Shown one piece after another: positions 48,764 through 58,963 of a DNA stretch of 64,000 nt. The first letter of the stretch is position 1. Each line of letters starts with the position of its first letter. Origin of the DNA: an uncultured virus (IMG/VR IMGVR_UViG_3300006128_000010) (Duplodnaviria > Heunggongvirae > Uroviricota > Caudoviricetes). Both the position numbers and the translations under genes were made by a program. The notes under the pieces are model-generated. The model saw only the letters and a program-made list of their open reading frames with translations. It was not told the DNA's origin and did not search any database. The stretch lies in the IMG/VR virus record IMGVR_UViG_3300006128_000010; one strand, written 5' to 3'.

Positions 48764-50130
48764 TTGCTACTCACATCGTAAATATCTACTGCTTCTTTGT
48801 CATCTGCTTTACGTAAACCACGACCAATACTTTGAATTACTCTAACAAAGCTCTTACCCGGTTCTAATAAAACTAAATTAAAGAGTCTACTAATATTTAT
48901 GCCTGTTGAAGTGGTTCCATAAGTTGCAATCATAATCGCATTATTATCAAAGTTAATTTCTTTATAATGTTCTCTACGCTCAGTAGCTTTCATTTTACCG
49001 CTAATGAATATAGCATCTGGTAATAATTCGTTTAAAATTTGTCCAGTTTCAATTCTATCAATCAGGACTAGAGTATTACCTGTTTTAGCGATTTCCTTGA
49101 CCTTAGTAGCTAGCCACTCGAGTCGTTCTTTATTGGTAACAAGGTACTTTAGTTCTTCTTGATAGTTATTATATACCAATGTTTCTTGAGTTTGAAGAAT
49201 ATTAACATGGCACTGTGCTAAATGTCCTGCGTCTTGTAATTCTTTAGCAGTAAGTTTACCAATTATAGGTCCAATGGCACTGTACAAACTAACTTGGTTG
49301 TATTCTTCTTCTGGAATAGTACCAGTTAATCCCCAGCGAATTGGCACATTAGCAAATGTAGTTGTTAATAGCGTATGTAGTACACCTGTATTCTTAACCA
49401 TATGCACTTCATCACATATAACAGCAACAAGGTTGTCAAGAAATACTTTTAGCTGATCATCATCAAGTGCATCTTTGTTTTTCTTATCTAATACATTCAA
49501 ACTCTGCCAGGTGCATATGGTATGAGTGCGATTATACTCTTTACGATCACCGTACAATACACCAACGTCTAATCCGATATTACGGTAGTCTTCTTCTGTT
49601 TGTTGTACTAGATTCTTATTGGGAACAATAACAATAGTTCTTCCATATTTTTCAGCAAGTTTGCTCAGGCAAGAAGTTACGATTGTCTTTCCTGCACTAG
49701 TAGGAGCAATCGTTATCCCTTGTAAATTATTAACGCATTCATTTATAGCAGCTACTTGATAGTCGCGTATAATAATAGGTTCTCCTGCCATACGATGACC
49801 TTCTGGCCATGTGATATCAGCTAGGTATTGATCGTCGATCTGATCAAGGTTAAACTCATATCGTTGTCTACGATCTTCAATTTCAAATTCAAAGTTGTTA
49901 TCTTCTAGGATAGGCAGGATCTTGTCCAAGAGATTTAAGTAAGTCCTGCCTCCAAGTGTACAAAAACTCTGAGTTCCATCCCATCTGCCTAATTTGAATG
50001 CCGGGCTATAACGTGCATGAGGCAAGAAGTACTTGACTGAATTGGCACACGCTTTTCGTGTAGATAGATCTAGATTTTCTAATTTTATGTTGCACTCGTC
50101 TTCAATAATTATGTTGCATGATTTTATCAT
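48673..50130 (-). CDS. uvsW: SF2 helicase UvsW
   Basis: WDG, RDYQ, APTSAGKT, DEVH, GLTGT, STGINI, QSIGRGLR. Confidence 0.92.
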   Translation of the reverse strand: MIKSCNIIIEDECNIKLENLDLSTRKACANSVKYFLPHARYSPAFKLGRWDGTQSFCTLGGRTYLNLLDKILPILEDNNFEFEIEDRRQRYEFNLDQIDDQYLADITWPEGHRMAGEPIIIRDYQVAAINECVNNLQGITIAPTSAGKTIVTSCLSKLAEKYGRTIVIVPNKNLVQQTEEDYRNIGLDVGVLYGDRKEYNRTHTICTWQSLNVLDKKNKDALDDDQLKVFLDNLVAVICDEVHMVKNTGVLHTLLTTTFANVPIRWGLTGTIPEEEYNQVSLYSAIGPIIGKLTAKELQDAGHLAQCHVNILQTQETLVYNNYQEELKYLVTNKERLEWLATKVKEIAKTGNTLVLIDRIETGQILNELLPDAIFISGKMKATERREHYKEINFDNNAIMIATYGTTSTGINISRLFNLVLLEPGKSFVRVIQSIGRGLRKADDKEAVDIYDVSSKCKFSNRHQLKRRKFYTEVQYPFTMKKITY

Positions 50131-50146
50131 ACTACAGTTTACGCTC

Positions 50147-51196
50147 TTAGGCTACAGATTTCAACACATTCTTATTAGCAAACTTTTCCCAACGTTCTGG
50201 CATGGCTTTACGCAAGTCGGCTACTTTAAGAACCGTGCGAAGACTCATTTCACGCATTTTTGCTGCGTTAAGTTCAACATACTTAACAACCTCGTTCTTT
50301 TCACTTTCCTCAAATCCATATCCGTGAAACATGTCATTGCGTTCGATAACATCTTTAATATGGATTAACTTTTCACGAATGGTATTCATTCCTAACTGCA
50401 TGTAGTGACAACGACTCACAATAGCTTCTAAGTGGTTTGAAATTCTCGGACTTCTTAGATTGTTGAAATCTAAATTAGTAATAAAGATAATTCCGCCTTT
50501 ATACTCAAATGAGTTTGGAATATCTCTATTCTCTAAAATACGGCTATCTTTGTTCCAACAAATTTTACGCACCTTTTTAGAATCAAGTGCCGCTTTGAGG
50601 ATGTTAAGGCTTTCTTCATCATATAACGCACTGTCGCAGTCATCAAACACCAGTACCTGTCCTTCTTCTCTATAACTCCAAAGCTTGGTATATAGAATAG
50701 GAGCACTAATACCACCGGTGATAAACTCGAATTGCGGCATTCCGTTTTTAAATGCAGCCATCAATCCCAGAGTCTTAACCAAGGTTGACTCTACTGTATG
50801 ACTCTTGCCAACACCTGCTGGACCACTTACTACCAAACCTTTAACAATATTGGAAGCAACTGCTTTGGTCATTTCCTCGAGGATATTAAAAGTCTCTCTG
50901 AGTTCTGCTGCAATCTCACCATCGTCGCGAGTATCGTTGGTTGCATCTGTAATCGGACGTAGAATCTTTTCTGCTGCTGCGGCATCAATTGGATGGTAGT
51001 CGCCTGGTGAATCAATATAAAGTCGGACTCGTCCATTGCGAAGATTACTGTGTGGTGTTCCGTCTACAACAATGTATAGACCGTCTTTGTCCTTGTGTGG
51101 ATGGTCTAGCATTTTGAATACTGTATCCTGGATGTCTACTCCCTGACGGGACCGAGCTGAGACAACTTTTACATATGACTGCATTTGGTTCTCCAT
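50147..51196 (-). CDS. AAA+ ATPase
   Basis: SGPAGVGKS, VFDDCD, IFITN, SR arginine finger; start refined to MENQ. Confidence 0.85.
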   Translation of the reverse strand: MENQMQSYVKVVSARSRQGVDIQDTVFKMLDHPHKDKDGLYIVVDGTPHSNLRNGRVRLYIDSPGDYHPIDAAAAEKILRPITDATNDTRDDGEIAAELRETFNILEEMTKAVASNIVKGLVVSGPAGVGKSHTVESTLVKTLGLMAAFKNGMPQFEFITGGISAPILYTKLWSYREEGQVLVFDDCDSALYDEESLNILKAALDSKKVRKICWNKDSRILENRDIPNSFEYKGGIIFITNLDFNNLRSPRISNHLEAIVSRCHYMQLGMNTIREKLIHIKDVIERNDMFHGYGFEESEKNEVVKYVELNAAKMREMSLRTVLKVADLRKAMPERWEKFANKNVLKSVA

Positions 51197-51233
51197 AGTT
51201 AATAGGGTTACATTAACAGATTTTAAAGGTTTG

Positions 51234-51428
51234 TCAAGCTCTAGATAGCACAACCCTTGTCCATTTTTCTTTGTCTACAATTTGTAATTTGTCGGTTATT
51301 CCACATTGTTCAATCAGATATTTGGAAAAACCTTCAAAGGTAGGGGGTTCATCTTCTCTTAAGGTATTTTCATACTCATCAGATATGACCTCGAGTGTGT
51401 CTACAAGATCTTGCAGGCCAGTTTTCAT
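51234..51428 (-). CDS. hypothetical protein
   Basis: 64-aa coupled ORF. Confidence 0.55.
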   Translation of the reverse strand: MKTGLQDLVDTLEVISDEYENTLREDEPPTFEGFSKYLIEQCGITDKLQIVDKEKWTRVVLSRA

Positions 51429-51429
51429 T

Positions 51430-51828
51430 TTATTCCCCCGAAGAATCCTTCCACCGTCCGCAGGTTACACGTTCTGAATAATAACCATTAGATACCCCGT
51501 ACCAACGCAAGGTCACTGATCCCTTTATGGTTGAGAACTTGTAAAAGGTCCAAGTGTACGACTCGTCATCTTCGCTGATAGGAGGCAGATCAGTTGAACT
51601 AGCTTCTTCTGCCAACAGTATTGGGGAATTTTCCAAATCAGCCAGATCTCCAATTACATCTTCCAAATATACTGTTTCACAGCAATCCTGCTCGTGAAAC
51701 AGTGCATAGCTGTCGGACTTGTTTTCTGCCCAAAATATCAGCTCGTCTTCAAACCGTTCAATTTTGGTAAAGGTCTTACCTACCAAATTAGAAACTTCGC
51801 TACGAGAATCATAACCTGTAAAAGACAT
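51430..51828 (-). CDS. conserved phage protein
   Basis: HEQDCCE...SYTWTFY...WYG.SNGYYSE; early promoter upstream. Confidence 0.8.
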   Translation of the reverse strand: MSFTGYDSRSEVSNLVGKTFTKIERFEDELIFWAENKSDSYALFHEQDCCETVYLEDVIGDLADLENSPILLAEEASSTDLPPISEDDESYTWTFYKFSTIKGSVTLRWYGVSNGYYSERVTCGRWKDSSGE

Positions 51829-51889
51829 GCTGCACCTTTTTATAACGTGAAATGAGTATAGCAGGTTTTTGAGTTATGTCAACGGGATT

Positions 51890-52123
51890 TTATAGCCATG
51901 TTAATGTAAACAACATCAAATCTTGTTCATTTTTAAACCAAAATTGCATACCGTGCCATGTAACAGTTTCATTTGGTTTTAAAAACTTATAACACCAATC
52001 TGTAATAGCATAATGCTCTTCAACTTGTTGTAAAAGAGCATAATAAGGCCAACCCTGGTCTTTCATGGTTTGCTGACGAGTAGCTATGGTGTTTAAATAT
52101 TGCTTGCTACAAAGTACCTGCAT
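51890..52123 (-). CDS. hypothetical protein
   Basis: DWC...FWFKNEQD..LF.L.W motif. Confidence 0.65.
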   Translation of the reverse strand: MQVLCSKQYLNTIATRQQTMKDQGWPYYALLQQVEEHYAITDWCYKFLKPNETVTWHGMQFWFKNEQDLMLFTLTWL

Positions 52124-52125
52124 GA

Positions 52126-52590
52126 TTACCCACGAGTATCGAGATGTGCATCTTCCATTCCGACGATCCTCAATTTTACTATATTGGATATCTGAAATTG
52201 CTTGATGTCTAGTCCTTTTATAAGTGCAAGATACTTGTTTCTAACCAGTGCTACTTCATTGATAACTGTACTCATGCTAACAATATCATCTTCTCCGTCG
52301 ATATATTTTTCAATACTACGATCGCTTAATTCACGATTATAGCGTTCATTATACTTGCGATAATGATCAGAACGTAGTTTATCATAATTAATATTAAGGA
52401 ATTTTAGAATTGCTTCGAGTTCTTGTAATTGTGTAAATCTGTAGCTCATGATACCAGCAAGTTCTTGAGCATTCTTTTCAATGTTACCCACTATACGTGG
52501 TTCATTCTTGGCCTTCTCAAGTTCTTTATTATAGAAATCTATGGCAGACGGTATCTCTGCCATATCTTCTACTACCCGATTATACCACAT
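52126..52590 (-). CDS. uvsY: recombination mediator UvsY-like
   Basis: helical; IEKYIDGE, KQFQISNIVKLR; downstream of uvsX. Confidence 0.75.
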   Translation of the reverse strand: MWYNRVVEDMAEIPSAIDFYNKELEKAKNEPRIVGNIEKNAQELAGIMSYRFTQLQELEAILKFLNINYDKLRSDHYRKYNERYNRELSDRSIEKYIDGEDDIVSMSTVINEVALVRNKYLALIKGLDIKQFQISNIVKLRIVGMEDAHLDTRG

Positions 52591-52597
52591 TTAATTC

Positions 52598-52843
52598 CTA
52601 TTCGTCGTAATCGTCTGAATCATATACTGGATAGTCGTCATCTTCTTCATCAGCAAAATAATGCTCAACTGCGCTATCAATATAATCATCTTCGCCAAGA
52701 ATTGTGTTGAACTCGCTCTTTTCAACGCCTTCTTTTGCAAAAATTGATACCAGCTTTGTTGATAGTTCTTCCTTACGGCTGTTAGGCACGTTTTCTGCTA
52801 TCATTTCCCACAAATCAATAATTACCGAAGTGTTTATATCCAT
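52598..52843 (-). CDS. acidic hypothetical protein
   Basis: 81 aa, acidic tail. Confidence 0.7.
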   Translation of the reverse strand: MDINTSVIIDLWEMIAENVPNSRKEELSTKLVSIFAKEGVEKSEFNTILGEDDYIDSAVEHYFADEEDDDYPVYDSDDYDE

Positions 52844-52855
52844 TGTATCTTACTC

Positions 52856-53545
52856 CTATATATTTTTATTTTTATACCAAGGGTTATTTAACCCCGAATG
52901 AGTTTCTCCGTGATTCTGAGTTTCTCTATAAGTTCCTTTACCATTATCAAGGTTAAACGCTTTCCAACCAGAACAACAACCTCTTCTAGGAATCCACCCT
53001 TCTATTACAGCTTTTTTAAGCGTATTAGCAGATATTCCTTTACTTTTACAAAATTGATTTAATCCCCCACATATAATAAATTCTTCTCCGGTTGGAGAAA
53101 TCAATTTCCAATTAGTCGATTTATTATTATCTTTACCTTTTTTTGATGGCCAATTATCAGGAGATTCTGATCTTAATTTAGATATAGTTTGACCTATTCT
53201 TTTTTTAACATCTGGCCAACGTGTATAATTTTGTCTACCACCGACATCTAAATTTATATTCAGTTCGTCTGACATAACTTGTTCTGTGACATATTTCTTT
53301 TCCAATGTGTTCATTTCGTCAAAACTATTTCCAAATTCTAAAATAACTTTTTTTAAACTATTAATACCTTTAGATTTTATATAGTCTTTAATAATAACAC
53401 CCGACCCAAAATAAGTAGGATCAAGTGTTTTTTGACTTATAATTTTATGTTGACCTATATAATATCTATCATCTGGTAATATTGTTTTATAAATATAACC
53501 ATATGGTAAATTGTTATTATCTTTCATCGTAGTCATCGTTTTCAA
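52856..53545 (-). mobile_element. GIY-YIG (Seg-like) homing endonuclease
   Basis: YGYIYKT...YYIGQH, YFGSG, E, NL..GG; overlaps uvsX end. Confidence 0.85.
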
Positions 53546-54593
53546 TTTTTGTATTATCTAATTCTGTAACAGCTAATTTATCTTTAAATTCTTTCATTAC
53601 TAAATCCATAATGTTATTTTCATTACGATTCCATTCTTTTCTATAATACTTGTGTATTTCCCCATTTAAGTCCACATAATAATAACGATTACCTTCTTTA
53701 GTAATTAACTTCTTTTTTTCAAACAAGTCAAATAATCCGCTATATGGGTTAAGACCCGATTCATATGGTATATATAGTTGAATATCAGTAAATGGCTGTG
53801 CGTATCTAGTTTTAAGTACTTTACACCCGGACCGAATACCTAATACATCAGTTGTTTTATTGCCATCTTCGTCTTCTTTAAGCTTCAATTTTTTCATACC
53901 TATTAATATGCTAGAAGCAAAAATAAATCCAGATCCGCCAGATACAACTGGGTCTGGATTATAAGGGTCCTGCGATGCATAAGAATGATTTGTAGCTATC
54001 ATTCCAATATTTAAATTACCAAACATATTGACACAATTTGTTACTAATGCTTTAAGAGCCTTAGGCTTACGTCCAAAATCCCCTTTAGAAGTTTCACCAG
54101 TTTGAAATTGGTCCACCTGTGTAGGAACCATAGCCATACCTAAGCTATCAATAACAAATAGAACTTTTGGTCTATCTTCGATAGATATTTCTTTATAACT
54201 TTTAACAAATTCAGATATAACTGTACCAATATCATCAATCATAGCCATACTAAGTCTCATTAACTTATCTTCAGATGTATTAACTCCTAAAGCCTTAAGC
54301 CAAGATTCGTCTAATGCATTTTCTGTATCAATGAGAACAACATATATTCCCATTTCTTGTGCATTTCTAACAATATTACCAGATGCTAAAAATGACTTAC
54401 CTGAACCTGATTCACCAGAGAGTACTGTTACTTTACCTAAAGGTACTCCTTTGAAAAAGTCTCCCGATATTAAATAATTTAATCCATAACTACCTGTACT
54501 GATCCAGTCTGTTGGATCGTTGAATCCAATGCTTAACCCTTCTATACTTTTAGTGATAGATTTTCTAAATTTTGATACGTCGAATGGCTTCAT
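53517..54593 (-). CDS. uvsX: RecA-like recombinase UvsX
   Basis: ISTG, GESGSGKS, IDTENA, VIDSL, TNH.Y, SGG. Confidence 0.92.
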   Translation of the reverse strand: MKPFDVSKFRKSITKSIEGLSIGFNDPTDWISTGSYGLNYLISGDFFKGVPLGKVTVLSGESGSGKSFLASGNIVRNAQEMGIYVVLIDTENALDESWLKALGVNTSEDKLMRLSMAMIDDIGTVISEFVKSYKEISIEDRPKVLFVIDSLGMAMVPTQVDQFQTGETSKGDFGRKPKALKALVTNCVNMFGNLNIGMIATNHSYASQDPYNPDPVVSGGSGFIFASSILIGMKKLKLKEDEDGNKTTDVLGIRSGCKVLKTRYAQPFTDIQLYIPYESGLNPYSGLFDLFEKKKLITKEGNRYYYVDLNGEIHKYYRKEWNRNENNIMDLVMKEFKDKLAVTELDNTKIENDDYDER

Positions 54594-54665
54594 GAGAAAC
54601 TCCTTCTCTTATTGTTTAAAATATAAAGAGGCGATAGTCAATACTACCGCCTCGTCTTTATTGGA

Positions 54666-55712
54666 TTATTTTCCTTGCTGGCGTCTGCGAATTGCAGCTA
54701 AGATGTCTTCTGGACTCTGAGCTTTCTTAGCAGGTGCTTCTGCTGCTGGCTCTTCCCAAGGAGTTTCATCTTCGGCTTCTACAACAGGTGCTTTAGCAGG
54801 TACTACCTTGGCAACCTTGTTCATGATGCTGGCTGCTGTTACGTTTGATTTAACCGGAGCAGGTGCTGATTCTGCAACAGTTGCATCACCGTTTTCAGTG
54901 TCGCTATCAAATCGCATGCCGTTTGGACGATAGAACTGACTCCAACGATCTGGATCGTATAGTTGCTCTTCAACACTTGCTTGAAACAACTCAAGCATAA
55001 CAGCAAGATGTGCATCATCTGGTTTCTTTGGTAGGAACTGGCTGAGATTGTTAAGACCAAACTTATCAATAGCCTCTAGTTCTTCTACACCGAGTGGGCG
55101 CTCTTTCATGCTCCAGCTGGAGGAGCTGTAGTTGGCATACTCGCCCTTCTTGGTCTTGCTGAGATAAAAGTCACGTCCTGATTCATAATCAGTCGGCGAA
55201 TTTTCAAGATCCTGACGCATTAGAATTGCTTTAATGGAATCAAATACGCTAGGATTAATAATGAATCTGCGAATTGGATTCTCAGGTGTTGCGTCTTCCT
55301 TGTTAGGATTTTGCACTACAAAGCCCTGGAATAGAAAACTCTTCTTGCGATAATACTTACGTGCAAGGTCTTCTAAACTTGAATCCTTCCACCATGGGCG
55401 GATTTCTGCTGTAATTGGGCAGCTACCTGGTTTCCACATGTCAACACATGGAACTTGTACTTCACATGGACGACTGTTATCCATACCCTTTACACCTGGG
55501 AATGGTAGTTTGATAATCAAACGTTCTACCCAAAAGAAGTCGTTTGTATTATCACCGTCTGGAACAAATCGTAATGTTGCTGAACTTCCGTCTGGGTTAT
55601 TCCAAAATGGGTAGATACTGTTATCCCCCGAAAACCCACCGCTCTTTGTGCGGTCTTTGCGAGCTTCTTGCTCTAATAATTTTGCTTGAATTTCTTTTAA
55701 ACTAAGTGCCAT
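54666..55712 (-). CDS. single-stranded DNA-binding protein (gp32-like)
   Basis: LRF.PD, C...CP, GRDF..K, YANY.SS.W; adjacent to uvsX. Confidence 0.85.
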   Translation of the reverse strand: MALSLKEIQAKLLEQEARKDRTKSGGFSGDNSIYPFWNNPDGSSATLRFVPDGDNTNDFFWVERLIIKLPFPGVKGMDNSRPCEVQVPCVDMWKPGSCPITAEIRPWWKDSSLEDLARKYYRKKSFLFQGFVVQNPNKEDATPENPIRRFIINPSVFDSIKAILMRQDLENSPTDYESGRDFYLSKTKKGEYANYSSSSWSMKERPLGVEELEAIDKFGLNNLSQFLPKKPDDAHLAVMLELFQASVEEQLYDPDRWSQFYRPNGMRFDSDTENGDATVAESAPAPVKSNVTAASIMNKVAKVVPAKAPVVEAEDETPWEEPAAEAPAKKAQSPEDILAAIRRRQQGK

Positions 55713-55783
55713 TTGGGACCTCCTTGTGCCTCATTGAGATAAAGATACTGACAAGTCATCTTTCTGTCTTGTCAGTAACAGTA

Positions 55784-55807
55784 TATTTATACTAGATCGG
55801 AGGTCAA
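55784..55807 (-). promoter_or_regulatory. gp32 promoter region
   Basis: TTGACC plus TATAAATA; 10-bp leader hairpin at 55746-55777. Confidence 0.55.
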
Positions 55808-55831
55808 GTAGCAATAAGTTTTATTTTGAAA

Positions 55832-57088
55832 TTAGATCCCGCTCAAAGTTTTGATACGGTCCAACCCAGGATCAACAACCGGTACCTCAGGCTCATGCTT
55901 GATCCCCTTGGATGCTTTGAACACCATCTTAACCAATTCAACATCGTCTGGATCCATTACACCATGTGTTCTCAGTGTACCTGCAGCAGAGGTCAGCTTT
56001 GATCTCAGCATGTCATCATCAACACACTCAGCTAACTGTTCAATTTGCCAAGCCATTCTATCCTTTTGATCAGGATAGTTTGAACACTCGCTGGTTAGAT
56101 CTGGTCTACTTGTAAAATTAACAGTGGGTGCTTCTACTAGATTAGCAGTTGATAGATACTTGGCAGCAACCAATAAAGTTGCAGCATCATTGCTATCACG
56201 TTCGCACATGCACTTCTCTAATAGTTCTTCATATATCTTATTGATAACATTAGAATCTTCATTGATATTTTGTTCTTTTAAGCCGCCCGAAGCCAAAACG
56301 TATCCTCTTGATCCGCTTAGTTTCTTAACATCTTTATTGATTTTATGTAGAGATTCTCTAAGTGCTGTGGTTTTTGATTCATCGCCTGTTGCACGAATCA
56401 TTTTAGCTGATCGTTTGAGATCCATATAATCGCTACTTAATTGTTGAATAGCTTCACCGATTTGATCGTGCATCACACCATTATTTGAAAAGTGTCTGGC
56501 CATTGCTCTAGCACCAGCGATATGCATATGTGGATACATTAATCTTTCGCCTAGTGCATTTTCAACAAATATTGCTCGTACATGTCTCCAGCGGCTACCT
56601 TTTTTTTCTTCGTTGATAGCATCTGTATGACGTATGATTATTTTACTATTGCCAACTCGTTGATAGCTGCTTTTGGTCGATCCAAATGGTTTGCTGATAT
56701 CTTTGCTTTCTACAATGTTGTTAACAACTTCATCTTTTGGTGTAATTGCATGATCAAATTTAAACCAATTAACACTTAAACCTTCTCGATCGCCTACATT
56801 TCGTTGAATACTATTTTTTAATTTGTGTATGAAATCAAAATCCTCATTATTATCCAGGTTAGGTGTTTTAATATCAACGTGACTATTATGATTTTCATCA
56901 TGTACACCAATTAAAATACTATACTTTTCTAATTCTGGATCGTTGCTTGCTATAGTAGCAAAAAATCGTGTAGCTTCATGTGGATCAAGTGTCTTGGTGC
57001 CAGTCTTATCAAACATTTGAAGTGTAAATCCAGAACCCTTTAAGATTCCAAAAATTTTGTCACCAATGATTGACCAATTAAAATTCAT
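55832..57088 (-). CDS. conserved hypothetical, late cluster
   Basis: 418 aa, GARAMARH, terminal RIKTLSGI. Confidence 0.75.
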   Translation of the reverse strand: MNFNWSIIGDKIFGILKGSGFTLQMFDKTGTKTLDPHEATRFFATIASNDPELEKYSILIGVHDENHNSHVDIKTPNLDNNEDFDFIHKLKNSIQRNVGDREGLSVNWFKFDHAITPKDEVVNNIVESKDISKPFGSTKSSYQRVGNSKIIIRHTDAINEEKKGSRWRHVRAIFVENALGERLMYPHMHIAGARAMARHFSNNGVMHDQIGEAIQQLSSDYMDLKRSAKMIRATGDESKTTALRESLHKINKDVKKLSGSRGYVLASGGLKEQNINEDSNVINKIYEELLEKCMCERDSNDAATLLVAAKYLSTANLVEAPTVNFTSRPDLTSECSNYPDQKDRMAWQIEQLAECVDDDMLRSKLTSAAGTLRTHGVMDPDDVELVKMVFKASKGIKHEPEVPVVDPGLDRIKTLSGI

Positions 57089-57118
57089 TATGTTACTCCA
57101 AATGTTTGCAAGTAATAT

Positions 57119-58714
57119 TTAGTTGATGATCACGCTCATTGGCATTGGTTCTTCGTGATCATAATCGTCACCAAAATCGTCTCGCAGTAGGTCACCGACT
57201 CTGTCATCCCAATTTTGAACCATTTGCATCATTCTCACACAGAGCATAGTAGCCATTACACAATCGTCATTCTCACCAGGTTTAGCAGCAAAGCCTTCAC
57301 CTTTACTCACAAAGAATTTAAGTTGTCGTACTAGTGGTCTACTGAATATTTTCATTTTTTCTGCTTCAATTAGGCTTTTTAACTTGGTGCAGGCTTGTGC
57401 TTTGGATCGTGTATTGGTATTAAGACCGCGTCGCGGACGACCTTGTCCTCTAACACGTTGTTCATGTAACATTGTACCATTGAAGCGTTCTTCGCCTATT
57501 TCTGTTATGGTTAATAATGCAGCCTCGCCCCAACTGTTATTTTCAAGTGTAAAGTATATGTCCGGATCGCCTCGGTGCTCGGGCATCTTTTTTAATTCAC
57601 TGTAGATAAAATTCACAATGTTCTGCACAGTCTTTACTTGATTAGGTATACTGGTTCTATTGTGTGTCCACTCTGCTACTTGTTTCATTTCTGGTAAACT
57701 AAACACTTCAATAGCAGCAGGATCCTTACCTACACCTGCACTGGGATCTAATGCCACTAGATAAGTCATATTGGGTTTTAGTTGATCATACCAACGTATT
57801 TCGTTGGTTTTATATATGGGGTCAACACCCTGTAGCTTTAACAATGTTACAGCATTAATAAGTGTTTCATCAGCAGTTAAGAATTGACACCCGTACTCTC
57901 GGTCGAACTTATCTGCCCCTATCTTATTACGTTCTCTTGTAGCCCATTCTTCATCTCTACCAGGAACATCCGAATAGTGTGATGTAAATGCTTTAAATCC
58001 GTTTATACCCAATCCATTTGGTATATCATTGCCCCAATCATCTATTGTCTTGTTAGCACCAACCCAAATTTCAGCAAACTTATCTTCATCACTATTAGGG
58101 GTAGATGTAATAATACATTTACCACCTGTTGCAAGTGTGGGACTCATAGCAGTCCAAAATTCTTCTGCAATACGAGGCTTAACGAACGCAAACTCGTCCA
58201 AGTATAATAGTGAAATAGACATACCACGTCCAGAATCTGGTGTAGTAGTTGTGGCTTTGATTCTCGACCCATTGTCAAACTTAATGTCCTGCACATTATA
58301 TGTTGCAGAGCCTGCACGTAACCAGTTGGGCAATTCTTCATATGCGAACTTGATACGATCCATAATTTCTGTAGCAGCACGGAATTTGTTAGCAGCAATC
58401 AACACTGTTACGTCGTCATTAAACATAGTATACCATAATAAGTAACCTGCCGCAGTCGTAGTCTTTCCACTTTGACGAGGAAGTAGTGCTATAACTTCCT
58501 TGTATTTCCAATAGCATTCTATTAGGTTCTTTTGATATTGATATGCTTCGAATGGTATTTTACCTTGAGTAGGATGTTGTATCCACATGTATTGTTGCAT
58601 GAAGTATAGTGGATCGCTCATACACTTTTTTATTTCTCGTATTTGATGAGGTGTGTATGTGGTCTTTTGGTTAGCTGGTTTAACTAACGTGAAATCAATA
58701 TCAGACTTGCTCAT
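57119..58714 (-). CDS. terminase large subunit (gp17-like)
   Basis: YQYQ, PRQSGKTT, LDEFAF, TSTPN, REY.C.F, DPS.G, ENN, DD.VM. Confidence 0.95.
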   Translation of the reverse strand: MSKSDIDFTLVKPANQKTTYTPHQIREIKKCMSDPLYFMQQYMWIQHPTQGKIPFEAYQYQKNLIECYWKYKEVIALLPRQSGKTTTAAGYLLWYTMFNDDVTVLIAANKFRAATEIMDRIKFAYEELPNWLRAGSATYNVQDIKFDNGSRIKATTTTPDSGRGMSISLLYLDEFAFVKPRIAEEFWTAMSPTLATGGKCIITSTPNSDEDKFAEIWVGANKTIDDWGNDIPNGLGINGFKAFTSHYSDVPGRDEEWATRERNKIGADKFDREYGCQFLTADETLINAVTLLKLQGVDPIYKTNEIRWYDQLKPNMTYLVALDPSAGVGKDPAAIEVFSLPEMKQVAEWTHNRTSIPNQVKTVQNIVNFIYSELKKMPEHRGDPDIYFTLENNSWGEAALLTITEIGEERFNGTMLHEQRVRGQGRPRRGLNTNTRSKAQACTKLKSLIEAEKMKIFSRPLVRQLKFFVSKGEGFAAKPGENDDCVMATMLCVRMMQMVQNWDDRVGDLLRDDFGDDYDHEEPMPMSVIIN

Positions 58715-58717
58715 ATA

Positions 58718-58963
58718 TTAATTTAGCTGTAGAAAATGGTCAACTGATCGATATGATCCGTATTTCCTATCATTTACACTTAAAATCACTTCTTGAACTA
58801 TGGCATCTATATTCTGATGCCAGTAGTTCAAAAATTTATGTGTACGATATAGTTCAGGAACTACATCTTCTGTCTGCCAAACAAATTCTTGTACTATTGA
58901 TGTATAATCAGTTCTAAAATAAAATATATCAATAGTTACCAATTGTTTATGGCGTATGATCAT
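58718..58963 (-). CDS. usg: Usg-family protein
   Basis: VTIDIFY...D...VQEFVWQ..D..P......FL.YW...I pattern. Confidence 0.7.
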   Translation of the reverse strand: MIIRHKQLVTIDIFYFRTDYTSIVQEFVWQTEDVVPELYRTHKFLNYWHQNIDAIVQEVILSVNDRKYGSYRSVDHFLQLN

